A program made the position numbers and the translations under genes. Shown here in pieces: positions 28,715-36,795 of a stretch of 64,000 bases of DNA; within the stretch, counting starts at the first letter, position 1; each line of letters starts with the position of its first letter. Source of the stretch: Planctomycetota bacterium (GTDB lineage Bacteria; Planctomycetota; JAJSAM01; JAJVHW01); assembly GCA_021776825.1 (NCBI GenBank), contig JAJFFG010000087.1, forward strand, positions 1,850 to 65,849, in the 5' to 3' direction. The notes under the pieces are model-generated. The model had not been told where the DNA came from, ran no database searches, and saw only the letters and a list, made by a program, of their open reading frames with translations.

Positions 28715-28761
28715 GGCTACCCAGTCTATGAGCCCCGGTCGCAGGACGTCAGCGCTGGACG

Positions 28762-31533
28762 TCAGCGAAGTGCGATCTCGACGGTGGCGATACCGTGCGG
28801 CCGGAGGGGCACCGTGACGCTGGTCTCATCGGCGACCGACAACGGATCACCGCGGCGCTCCAGAAGATCCGTGCGCCACGCGGCCTCGACCGCCGGTCCA
28901 ACCTCGACCGTCGCCTCGCGCGCCTCCGGTCCGAGGTTGAACAGACGCACGATGAGCGTGTCGCGCCCCTCGTGCCGCTTCACCGCGGAGACGCAGACCT
29001 GGTCGTCACGGACACGGACGAAGTCACCCGTGCCCGGCTGCTCGAGATCCTCGACGCCCTGGATGATCGCGGGTGGCAGCCGCCATCGCTGCGAGACGCC
29101 CTTCACTCCCGCAGTCAGCCAGTCGCCGGAGAACGGGAGCAGCGCATAGCGGAACGTGTGCGCTCCGAGACACTGCGCCTCCGGCGTTGGGATCGTCGGT
29201 CCGGCGTTCTGGCTGCGACGCGTCGGGAAGTCGTCGCGCGAGAGCCAGCCGACCGAACGCAGCAGCGTCAGTCCAAGGCCCAAGCGGCCGTCGAGACCGG
29301 CGATGGGTTCGATTTCCGGCAGGCCCTGGTTCAGCAACGCAAGCCCGCCCCCGGCGTCCTGCACCAGCGAGAAGTCGAGCTGCGGGAACGTCTCGGGATG
29401 CGGCTGCACGAAGTCGTCGTCGGACGGCCGCTCGATCGGACGCTCGATCACGTGGAAGTGTCCATCGGAGATCACGGTCGTCGCGTCCGCGAGATCCGGG
29501 AAGATCGCGCGGAGTCGGTGGTCCTCGACATCGTTCTCGAACGACACGGTGACATCGATGAGCGGGGATCCGGCAGTCAGGCAGACCGAGACGGTCACCG
29601 GACAGGCGACCCGGTCCTTCGTGCGGCGGCGGCGCCCCTCGTGGATCGCGCGCGGGAGCTCGATCTCGAACTCCGCCTGCAACGTCGCACGGAAGTCGGT
29701 CTCGCCGACGACGCGGATCTCGCCCGCGAGTCCCTGCGACCGCACGGTCAGCGACTCGGGAGCGGGCGAGTAGTCGTACTCGTCGCCGATGTCCTCGACG
29801 TCCTCGAGCACGTTCAACCCGCGCCAGCGTCGACCGGTCGCGAGCTGCACGACGTCCAGCGTTCCGTCCGGATGGAGCGTCACGCGCACCTCGGCGTTGC
29901 GGAGTGTGGAGCCGTCCACCGTCACGCGATCGACGGGCGGCTTGGCCGTCTCTGTCGGGGCGCGATCCGTGAGCCGGTAGTTGCGGTGACCGAGCGCCGG
30001 CAGATCGCGGGCGACGAACTGGAGGTCGAGGAAGCAGTCCGAGTCCTCGCGCTGACCCGGACGTCGGACGAAGCGATCCTTGAACGCGTCGAGGTAGCCG
30101 TAGAACTTCGCGCGCTGCGCGTCGGTATCGAACATCACGCGATAGTCGATGCCCCAGAAGCGCTCCACGTAGTCGCTGCGCGTGACAACGCACGGGACCT
30201 CACAGCCGTCTTCGTCGACGAGCCGCAGATCCGCCGGATCGACGCCGAGCGGCTGCAGGACCACGAGCCGCTCGAGGACCTCCGTGCGGCGCCGCGGCAG
30301 CGGGTTGGCAACGCACAGCACGGTGTCGCGATCGTCCTTCGCCTCGCGAGCGAACGTCGGCGCGAGATGCTCGAGCTCGCGGACGAGTACCTGCTCCATC
30401 GTCTGATCCACGGCGTCGAAGCGCGGCGCCATGTCGCGGTGAACCTCGTCGATGCTGCACCCGCAGATCGAGTCGTGCGGCTGGTTCTTCAACAGCTCGC
30501 GCCACGCGTGGTCGAAGAGACCCTTCTGCAGGTCGCGACCGTGCACGAAGTGCGTGTATGTGGCGAGCGGCTCCACGATCCCCGAGAGCAACGCCTGCGA
30601 CCGGGCGTTGCGCTGCTTCAGGGGCATGCGCGCCGACCACACCCCCGAGAGGATGTGGAAGTAGCGGCCCTGACAGAGCTCGCCGCGGAAGCGCTTCGTC
30701 GCGATGCCCTTCTCGCGGACCTCGGCCACGTACTCGGCCAGCGACGAGTGCACGAACTCGGTGTCGGGGTACGACTCGCGGAGCGCCGACAGAATGGGCC
30801 CCAGCTCGCGCTGCGGCGGGAAGTGGTCGCAGCCGTTGTTGAGCAGGACGACGTCGCCGTTCGAGAGACGGCCCATCGTGTCGAACAGCTTGCCGACCTT
30901 CTCGACGGCGCCGTCGATCGAGACGTTGCGCCGCGTGTGCGCGTGCCAGATCTCCTCGTGACCGAGACCCGCCGCGTTGCAGTAGCCGCCGCACTGCTGG
31001 ATGGCGAGCACGGTGCTGCCGTCCGGTGCCTCCCACAGGTACTCGTGGCCGGTCTCCTCGAGCTCCGAGCCGTTGCCGCGCGTGTAGACGAAGCTGTCGA
31101 TGCCGGCCTCGCGCAGGAGCTGCGGGATCTGCGCCGGGTGCCCGAACGAGTCGGCCATGTAGCCGACCGACTGCGCAGCGCCGACGCGCGCGCACGTCGC
31201 GTGACCGACGACGAGGTTCCGCACCATCGTCTCCGGACCGATCAAGTACTCATCCGGAAGCATGTACCAAGGGCCGATGCCCAGTGCGCCGCTGGTCACC
31301 AGGTCGCGGATGCGCTGTTCGTCCTCGGGGTGCGCCTCGAGGTAGTCCTCGAGCACAACCGCCTGACCGTCGAGGAGGAAGTGCTCGAAGGCGTCCTCGT
31401 TCTCGAGCGCGTCGAGCACCCGGCGCACCGCGTGCGCCAGGTTCACGCGGAACGTGCTGTACGTCAGATACCACTCGCGATCCCAGTGGGTGTGGGACAC
31501 GACGTACGCCTTGCGCGGCCGAAACTCGCTCAT
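28762..31533 (-). CDS. GH38 alpha-mannosidase (MngB-like)
   Basis: VVSHTHWDREWY, FLLDGQ, IGPWY, GYMADSFGH, NGCDH, NQPHDSICGCS; ATGA overlap with the upstream stop. Confidence 0.92.
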   Translation of the reverse strand: MSEFRPRKAYVVSHTHWDREWYLTYSTFRVNLAHAVRRVLDALENEDAFEHFLLDGQAVVLEDYLEAHPEDEQRIRDLVTSGALGIGPWYMLPDEYLIGPETMVRNLVVGHATCARVGAAQSVGYMADSFGHPAQIPQLLREAGIDSFVYTRGNGSELEETGHEYLWEAPDGSTVLAIQQCGGYCNAAGLGHEEIWHAHTRRNVSIDGAVEKVGKLFDTMGRLSNGDVVLLNNGCDHFPPQRELGPILSALRESYPDTEFVHSSLAEYVAEVREKGIATKRFRGELCQGRYFHILSGVWSARMPLKQRNARSQALLSGIVEPLATYTHFVHGRDLQKGLFDHAWRELLKNQPHDSICGCSIDEVHRDMAPRFDAVDQTMEQVLVRELEHLAPTFAREAKDDRDTVLCVANPLPRRRTEVLERLVVLQPLGVDPADLRLVDEDGCEVPCVVTRSDYVERFWGIDYRVMFDTDAQRAKFYGYLDAFKDRFVRRPGQREDSDCFLDLQFVARDLPALGHRNYRLTDRAPTETAKPPVDRVTVDGSTLRNAEVRVTLHPDGTLDVVQLATGRRWRGLNVLEDVEDIGDEYDYSPAPESLTVRSQGLAGEIRVVGETDFRATLQAEFEIELPRAIHEGRRRRTKDRVACPVTVSVCLTAGSPLIDVTVSFENDVEDHRLRAIFPDLADATTVISDGHFHVIERPIERPSDDDFVQPHPETFPQLDFSLVQDAGGGLALLNQGLPEIEPIAGLDGRLGLGLTLLRSVGWLSRDDFPTRRSQNAGPTIPTPEAQCLGAHTFRYALLPFSGDWLTAGVKGVSQRWRLPPAIIQGVEDLEQPGTGDFVRVRDDQVCVSAVKRHEGRDTLIVRLFNLGPEAREATVEVGPAVEAAWRTDLLERRGDPLSVADETSVTVPLRPHGIATVEIALR

Positions 31534-32489
31534 CGCTCGTGACACCTCCGAAGCAGGTCACCGATCGTCGTCGACGCCATGCACACACTGAGATCCGCGG
31601 CGCCGTAGTAGAGCCGCACGCGCGCGTCCGGAGCGGCGATCCCGTCGTCGTCGAGCGCCACGACCATCCCCGATGGGAAGACGACGTTCGGGACCTGGCC
31701 CACCATCTCGTACGTCTCCCGCGGCTCGAGCACGTTGTCGCGTGTTCGCGCGATGACGCGCGTGGGATCGTCGAGGTCCAGCAGCGCGGCGCCGGCCTGA
31801 TACACGCTCGCTCCGGCGAAGTGGGTGGCGACGCCGTGATAGACGAGCAGCCATCCGTCAGCGGTGCGGACCGGTGGCGGCCCTGCGCCGATCAGCTCGT
31901 CCCAGTAGTGCCAGCGACCCTCCATCACCGGGCCGACGACGCGCCACGTCACGAGGTCACCCGACTCGGCGAGCTCGATCGTCGAGCCACTCGTCGGTGA
32001 GCCCTCGGCCTGCGCGGTGTTCGGGCGCTGGAGACGCAGGTAGCGACCGCCTACGCGCTCGGGGAACAGCACGCCGTTGCGGCGATCGCCCTCCGGGTCG
32101 AACGAGACGAGTTCCAGTCGCTCGAGATCGGTCGTGCGCGCGATCCCGAGACGGCAGCCGTTGTCTGTGTCGGCCGCGAACACCACGTACATCGCGCCGT
32201 CGAGCACCGTGATGCGCGGGTCGTAGATGTGGTGGAGCGTCTCGCCGACTGCATCGAGCCCGGCGATCTCGGAGATGACCGGCCGCACGGTGAAGCGCAC
32301 GCCATCGTCGCTGTCCGCCGGCACCAGCAGGGTGCGACGTCCGCGCGTCTGCACGCGCAGCAGGAGCGACACTCCATCGGGAGTCGACACCGCGCCCGGG
32401 TTGAATGCGGCGGTCGCGTCGATCAGCCGCGGCGGGACGTCCGGTACGTCTTCGCGTGAGATCACCGGGTTCACGGGGCTACGTCTCAT
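31530..32489 (-). CDS. GH130 glycosidase/mannoside phosphorylase
   Basis: AFNPGA, YDPRIT, RNGVLFPE, IGAGPPP, WLLVYHGV, LEPRETYEMVGQVPNVVFPSG, YYGAAD. Confidence 0.9.
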   Translation of the reverse strand: MRRSPVNPVISREDVPDVPPRLIDATAAFNPGAVSTPDGVSLLLRVQTRGRRTLLVPADSDDGVRFTVRPVISEIAGLDAVGETLHHIYDPRITVLDGAMYVVFAADTDNGCRLGIARTTDLERLELVSFDPEGDRRNGVLFPERVGGRYLRLQRPNTAQAEGSPTSGSTIELAESGDLVTWRVVGPVMEGRWHYWDELIGAGPPPVRTADGWLLVYHGVATHFAGASVYQAGAALLDLDDPTRVIARTRDNVLEPRETYEMVGQVPNVVFPSGMVVALDDDGIAAPDARVRLYYGAADLSVCMASTTIGDLLRRCHER

Positions 32490-34458
32490 CGCACTGGGTC
32501 TCATCGCACTGGGTCTCATCGCGCACCATCCCGTCGTCGGTCTCGTCGCGGTCCATCGTGGAGAGGCGTCGCAGCATCTCCCGCACATCGCGCAGGCCGC
32601 CGATCGAGAACCAGAAGATGACGACGACGGCGATGGCAATCTGCACCCAGAAGTACCACTCCCAGTATCTGTTCCAGGACGCATCGCTCACGTCGCCATC
32701 GAACGCCAGGGTGTACGTGGTGCCGACGGCGAACGCGCCGATCCACAGGAACGACCAGATGTAGGTGATGACGTAGAGCACCTTGTCGCGTCGCGAGAAC
32801 TCGGCCGTGAAGCCAAACATCCGAGCGATGCGTCCAACGTGCACGCCCTCGAGGACCTTCTCGCCCTCGATGGCGTGCTTTCCGCGGCGCAGTACGAGGT
32901 CGAAGTCGGGAGGCGGGTTGCGATCGATGATCGAACCGAGCACGTAGAGCGAGGCCGCGACGTACATCCCGAGCGCCCAGACCTCCTGGCCGTTGATCGG
33001 GAAGTCGTTGCCGTACGCACCCTTCCACCACTGCTGCAGGGCGATGCCGCCAACGGCGATCACGGCGCCCGAGACGAGCGCCATCCACGCGCCCAACGCC
33101 GTGCCCCGTCGCCAGTACAGACCGCCGATGATTACGGCTCCGGATCCACCGGCGAAGATCGCGCCCGTGATCGCGAAGAACAGCATGATGTGCGTCGTCT
33201 GCGGCACGAGCCAGCTGAACAGGAAGATGAACACGGCGACACCGAGGATCGACCAGCGCAGCGCGCGAAGATGCTCGGCCTGCGTGTACGGCGTCTTCCG
33301 GAACGGCATCACGACGTCCTGGATGAACATGCTGCCCCACGAGTGCAGGTACGTGTCGTGGGTGCTGACGAACAGGCCGAGCATGACGGCCGCGAAGGAG
33401 CCGAGCAGCACTGGGGGGAGCAGGTGCGTCAGCGTCACGGGGATGCGCATCTGCGTCGCGATCGTCGGGTCGCCGATGGCGTCGAGAGTCACCTGCACGG
33501 ACTGCGCGGTCTGGGCGAAGTCGGCGTGGTGCAGCACGACGTAGCAGAGCGCCGGCACGAGCGTCAGCACGAGCCCCTGCGGGATGCCACGCCAGCCCGA
33601 GAGCATGCCGCCCATCTTGGCCTCATGCGCGCTCTTTGCCGACGTGCTGTACGCCTGTTCACCCTGCCACGCGAGGCGGCTGTACATGAAGCCGACCACG
33701 CCGATCACGAAGTACCAGAAGTTGAAGTCGGGGACGTTCGCTGTGTCGAACGCGTTCGTGAACGAGCGTCCTTCGGGACGATCGCTGAACGTCTCGAACG
33801 CGCGCGGCCAACCGACGAGGATCAGCAGGTAGACGGGCAGAACAACGAAGACGACGTTCGCGAACAGCCCCTGAAGGAAGTCGGTGACCATCACCGCCAC
33901 CTGCCCACCCGCGTAGACCATGAACAGCGAGGGCGCGAGGAGCAGCACCATCAGGATCGGGAAGAGCGAGAGCGTGACGCCCGCGACCGCGAACTCCTCC
34001 GGCAACCCGGTGAAGTACATGAAGAAGCGCGCGCCGACCGCCGGGAAGATCCCGAAGTTGATCAGCCCCGCGACGTACGCGACAACGCCGGCGAACACGC
34101 GGAACCGGCGGCTGTAGCGCCGCTCGAAGAACTCCGGCAACGTAAGGCAGCGCGTCTGCCGGAAGCGGTAGATGACCCAACCCGACGCCGTCACCGCGAG
34201 GATCACGAGACCCATGCTCTGGCCCCACCACGCCATCGTGAAGCCGGCCTCGTAGTTCATCTCGAAGTTGGCGACGACGGTGATCGCGCCGAGCCCGGCC
34301 ATGCCGCCCGCGACGCTGAGCATGTAGCGACCGGCGGTGCGCCCCGCCGCGAGGAAGTCCGCCACGCTGCGCATGTAGCGCTTCGTGACGAACACCGAGG
34401 CGATCAGGCCGACGTAGACGATCCCGAGGATCGCCCAGTCGACAGCGGTCATGTTCAC
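32479..34458 (-). CDS. Sodium:solute symporter
   Basis: DFLAAGR, TLPEFFERRY and many TM helices. Confidence 0.9.
   Translation of the reverse strand: MNMTAVDWAILGIVYVGLIASVFVTKRYMRSVADFLAAGRTAGRYMLSVAGGMAGLGAITVVANFEMNYEAGFTMAWWGQSMGLVILAVTASGWVIYRFRQTRCLTLPEFFERRYSRRFRVFAGVVAYVAGLINFGIFPAVGARFFMYFTGLPEEFAVAGVTLSLFPILMVLLLAPSLFMVYAGGQVAVMVTDFLQGLFANVVFVVLPVYLLILVGWPRAFETFSDRPEGRSFTNAFDTANVPDFNFWYFVIGVVGFMYSRLAWQGEQAYSTSAKSAHEAKMGGMLSGWRGIPQGLVLTLVPALCYVVLHHADFAQTAQSVQVTLDAIGDPTIATQMRIPVTLTHLLPPVLLGSFAAVMLGLFVSTHDTYLHSWGSMFIQDVVMPFRKTPYTQAEHLRALRWSILGVAVFIFLFSWLVPQTTHIMLFFAITGAIFAGGSGAVIIGGLYWRRGTALGAWMALVSGAVIAVGGIALQQWWKGAYGNDFPINGQEVWALGMYVAASLYVLGSIIDRNPPPDFDLVLRRGKHAIEGEKVLEGVHVGRIARMFGFTAEFSRRDKVLYVITYIWSFLWIGAFAVGTTYTLAFDGDVSDASWNRYWEWYFWVQIAIAVVVIFWFSIGGLRDVREMLRRLSTMDRDETDDGMVRDETQCDETQCDET
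32483..32522 (+). repeat. 15-bp tandem repeat GTCTCATCGCACTGG (2.7 copies) at a gene overlap
   Basis: Encodes DETQC repeats in the symporter tail and MRPSA repeats at the GH130 start. Confidence 0.85.
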
Positions 34459-35651
34459 TCGGGGCGTTCCGAGGGCTTGCGCCGTCTGATGCGGCCGTCC
34501 TCGTGGATCGTCAGGAACTCCACCATGTGCCAGCCGAGCGTGACGACGGCCGTAGCGTGGAAGCCTTCGCGCGACGCAGCGATCTCACCCCAGCGCGAGA
34601 AACGATAGTCATCACCGAGGGTGTCATCGAACGGCTCCTGCGTCCCGAGCAAGAGGTTTCGGCCGACGCCGACTCCCTCCTTCGCGAGCACGTCGATGTC
34701 CGACGAGTACGCGCCCGTCCGCCGTCGGTGGCTCCGCTGCGCGTAGTAGATCTGCCGCAGGAGCTGTGACGCGCCTTCCCAGGCCGTCTGGGCGACCGGT
34801 GCGCCCCCGCCCGGCGAGTTCCGAAACTCGACGAGTCCCCAGCGCTCTGGGTAGTGCATGTTGATGACGCCCTGCGGCGACCAAACCCAGTTGTCTTCCG
34901 GCAGGTTCTCGCCGGTCTCGGGATCGACGTCCTTCACGTACCGACCGCCGTCGACGTGCGTGCGCCACTGCACCCGTGAGAAGTTCACGCGCCAGCGATC
35001 GCCCGGGTTCGGGGGACACGGCGCGCCGGCGCCCTGTTGGAGGTCCGCCCAGGGGAACGCGATCTCAACGGTCCAGCCGCGGTCGGTGTCACTCGGGTCG
35101 TTGATGGTGCCGTCGACCTGCACGGCGCTCTTCATGCCCGGCATGTCCCACTGGTGGAGAGCGGGGCCACCGTCGCGGTAGGGCTTTCCGAGGTAGAGAT
35201 CCCACTCCGTGCCGAACGCGTTGATCTCGAACTCGAAGTAGTCGTGAGTGTCCTGGTCGGGGTCGAGGAACACCTCGAAGTCGTTGTCATGGAAGATGAT
35301 CGAATCGCGCTTCGTCCGCGTCGCCCAGACGTGCGGCTCGTCGAGATCGGCGGCGAAGTAGACGTACTCATCATCCCAGAGCATCTTCACGCGGCAGCGA
35401 TGACGCGGCGTCGGCCTCAGGTCGCCTTCGATGTCGACGAAGTCCGCGGTCCACGGCACGGCCTGCCACGCCGCGTCGTCGAGTCGCCCATCGATCACCG
35501 GGGCTGTGGCTGCGCGAGGGCAGGCGTACGTGAGCGGCGCGTACGGCAACGCAGGTGCCTTGAAGGGCGTCCACTCCTTCGCATCCGCGGCGGGAGCACC
35601 GTCGCCGGCGCAACCGCCGAGCACGATCAACAGAGCCACGCCACGCCGCAC
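34455..35651 (-). CDS. Carbohydrate-binding family 9-like (DOMON-type) lipoprotein
   Basis: PVIDGRLDDAAW, MLWDDEYVY, DNDFEVFLDP, YFEFEINA, WRVNFSRVQW, WVWSPQG; LGGC lipobox-like. Confidence 0.85.
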   Translation of the reverse strand: MRRGVALLIVLGGCAGDGAPAADAKEWTPFKAPALPYAPLTYACPRAATAPVIDGRLDDAAWQAVPWTADFVDIEGDLRPTPRHRCRVKMLWDDEYVYFAADLDEPHVWATRTKRDSIIFHDNDFEVFLDPDQDTHDYFEFEINAFGTEWDLYLGKPYRDGGPALHQWDMPGMKSAVQVDGTINDPSDTDRGWTVEIAFPWADLQQGAGAPCPPNPGDRWRVNFSRVQWRTHVDGGRYVKDVDPETGENLPEDNWVWSPQGVINMHYPERWGLVEFRNSPGGGAPVAQTAWEGASQLLRQIYYAQRSHRRRTGAYSSDIDVLAKEGVGVGRNLLLGTQEPFDDTLGDDYRFSRWGEIAASREGFHATAVVTLGWHMVEFLTIHEDGRIRRRKPSERPE

Positions 35652-35728
35652 GTCGGTTCCTCCGCCCCTTCGGCGGGGAGTCTAGCGCGCATCGTTCGCG
35701 CGCGTCGCGCGCTACGCTTCGTTCCACG

Positions 35729-36529
35729 ATGCCCGCCCACGTCGGCAGCCCGCTGCGATCCCGCTACGAACGCCACGGGTTTGCACTGGTCGAGCAGCCG
35801 ATCCTGAGCGCGGGTCTGGTGTCTCGTGCGCGCGACGGTCTCCGAGCCGTCGCCGACGGGAGCTACGACACGGGCCTCCCCCCGGAGCCGTCACCCTGGA
35901 CGCCGGGAGACGACTCGCGGTTGCTCGTGAAGATCGAGCTGCCGCACGTCGCGAGCCACGTACTCCGAGAGGTGGTCGGACACCCTGCCATCGGTCGATT
36001 GGCGGCCGAGGTCACTGGCGCCGAGCGTGTGCAGGTCTGGTGGGTCCAGGGCCTGATCAAACCGCCGACGGACGGAGGAGCCGCGACGACCGTCGGCTGG
36101 CACCAGGATCGGTCGTACTGGGGTGCGTGGGAGTCCGGGAGCGAGCTCCTGACCGCATGGGTCGCGCTCGACGACGTGACTGCCGAGTCCGGGCCGGTGC
36201 GCTACGTGATCGGCTCTCACGGCTGGGGCACAGTCTGCGCGAGCAACTTCTTCCGTCAGGATCGTGATGCTCAGAGCGAGGAGATCGCACCCCCCGGAGG
36301 ACTCGCCTGGGATGAGTGCCCGGCGGTGCTCCCCGCGGGCGCCGTGGCGTTGCACGAGCGGCGCACGCTGCACGGCAGCGGGCCGAACACGTCGGACCGA
36401 CCGCGTCCGGCCCTCGCACTCCACCTGCGCACGGAACGAGCCCGACCGGTCGGGGACGGCCGGACGGGATTGGTGCGATATCTCGACGATCCGATGCGAT
36501 GCCCGTGGATCTACGGAGGGGTGGGATGA
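35729..36529 (+). CDS. Phytanoyl-CoA dioxygenase (PhyH) family 2OG-Fe(II) oxygenase
   Basis: WHQD, TAWVALDD...GSH, LHGSGPN.S..R. Confidence 0.88.
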   Translation: MPAHVGSPLRSRYERHGFALVEQPILSAGLVSRARDGLRAVADGSYDTGLPPEPSPWTPGDDSRLLVKIELPHVASHVLREVVGHPAIGRLAAEVTGAERVQVWWVQGLIKPPTDGGAATTVGWHQDRSYWGAWESGSELLTAWVALDDVTAESGPVRYVIGSHGWGTVCASNFFRQDRDAQSEEIAPPGGLAWDECPAVLPAGAVALHERRTLHGSGPNTSDRPRPALALHLRTERARPVGDGRTGLVRYLDDPMRCPWIYGGVG

Positions 36530-36596
36530 GCGACCAACCGGCCTCGCACGCGGACTCGGGAGGCACGGTCGCGCGCCACCTCGCCGGATTCTGCTC

Positions 36597-36658
36597 GTAA
36601 CCTTTCGCCCCGCCCAACCGTCCCCCGAAGGGGGAGGGGGCGAGTGGGTGGGGGTGCG
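36597..36658 (+). repeat. 62-bp G-rich repeat, copy 1 (downstream of polA)
   Basis: 56/62 identical to 39844-39905 by manual alignment. Confidence 0.85.
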
Positions 36659-36758
36659 TCGCAGCAGCGCGAGTGTGGCGAGACACGGCGCTGCGGCGCG
36701 CTAGTCAGTGCTACACCGCGCGACTGGACGCGGCGCGCCACGTGCTCTGCGGCACGAG

Positions 36759-36794
36759 TCGCCGTGCTGGGTCTCGCCGTGCTGGGTCTCGCCG
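36759..36794 (+). repeat. 15-bp tandem repeat TCGCCGTGCTGGGTC (2.4 copies)
   Basis: Read directly; abuts the polA stop. Confidence 0.8.
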
Positions 36795-36795
36795 C

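Noticed and set aside
28795-31542. Long antisense ORFs (also 36673-39582, 26930-29149, 32227-34608, 42861-44927 and others)
   Set aside because: Shadow frames of real genes, expected at this GC content; no protein motifs.
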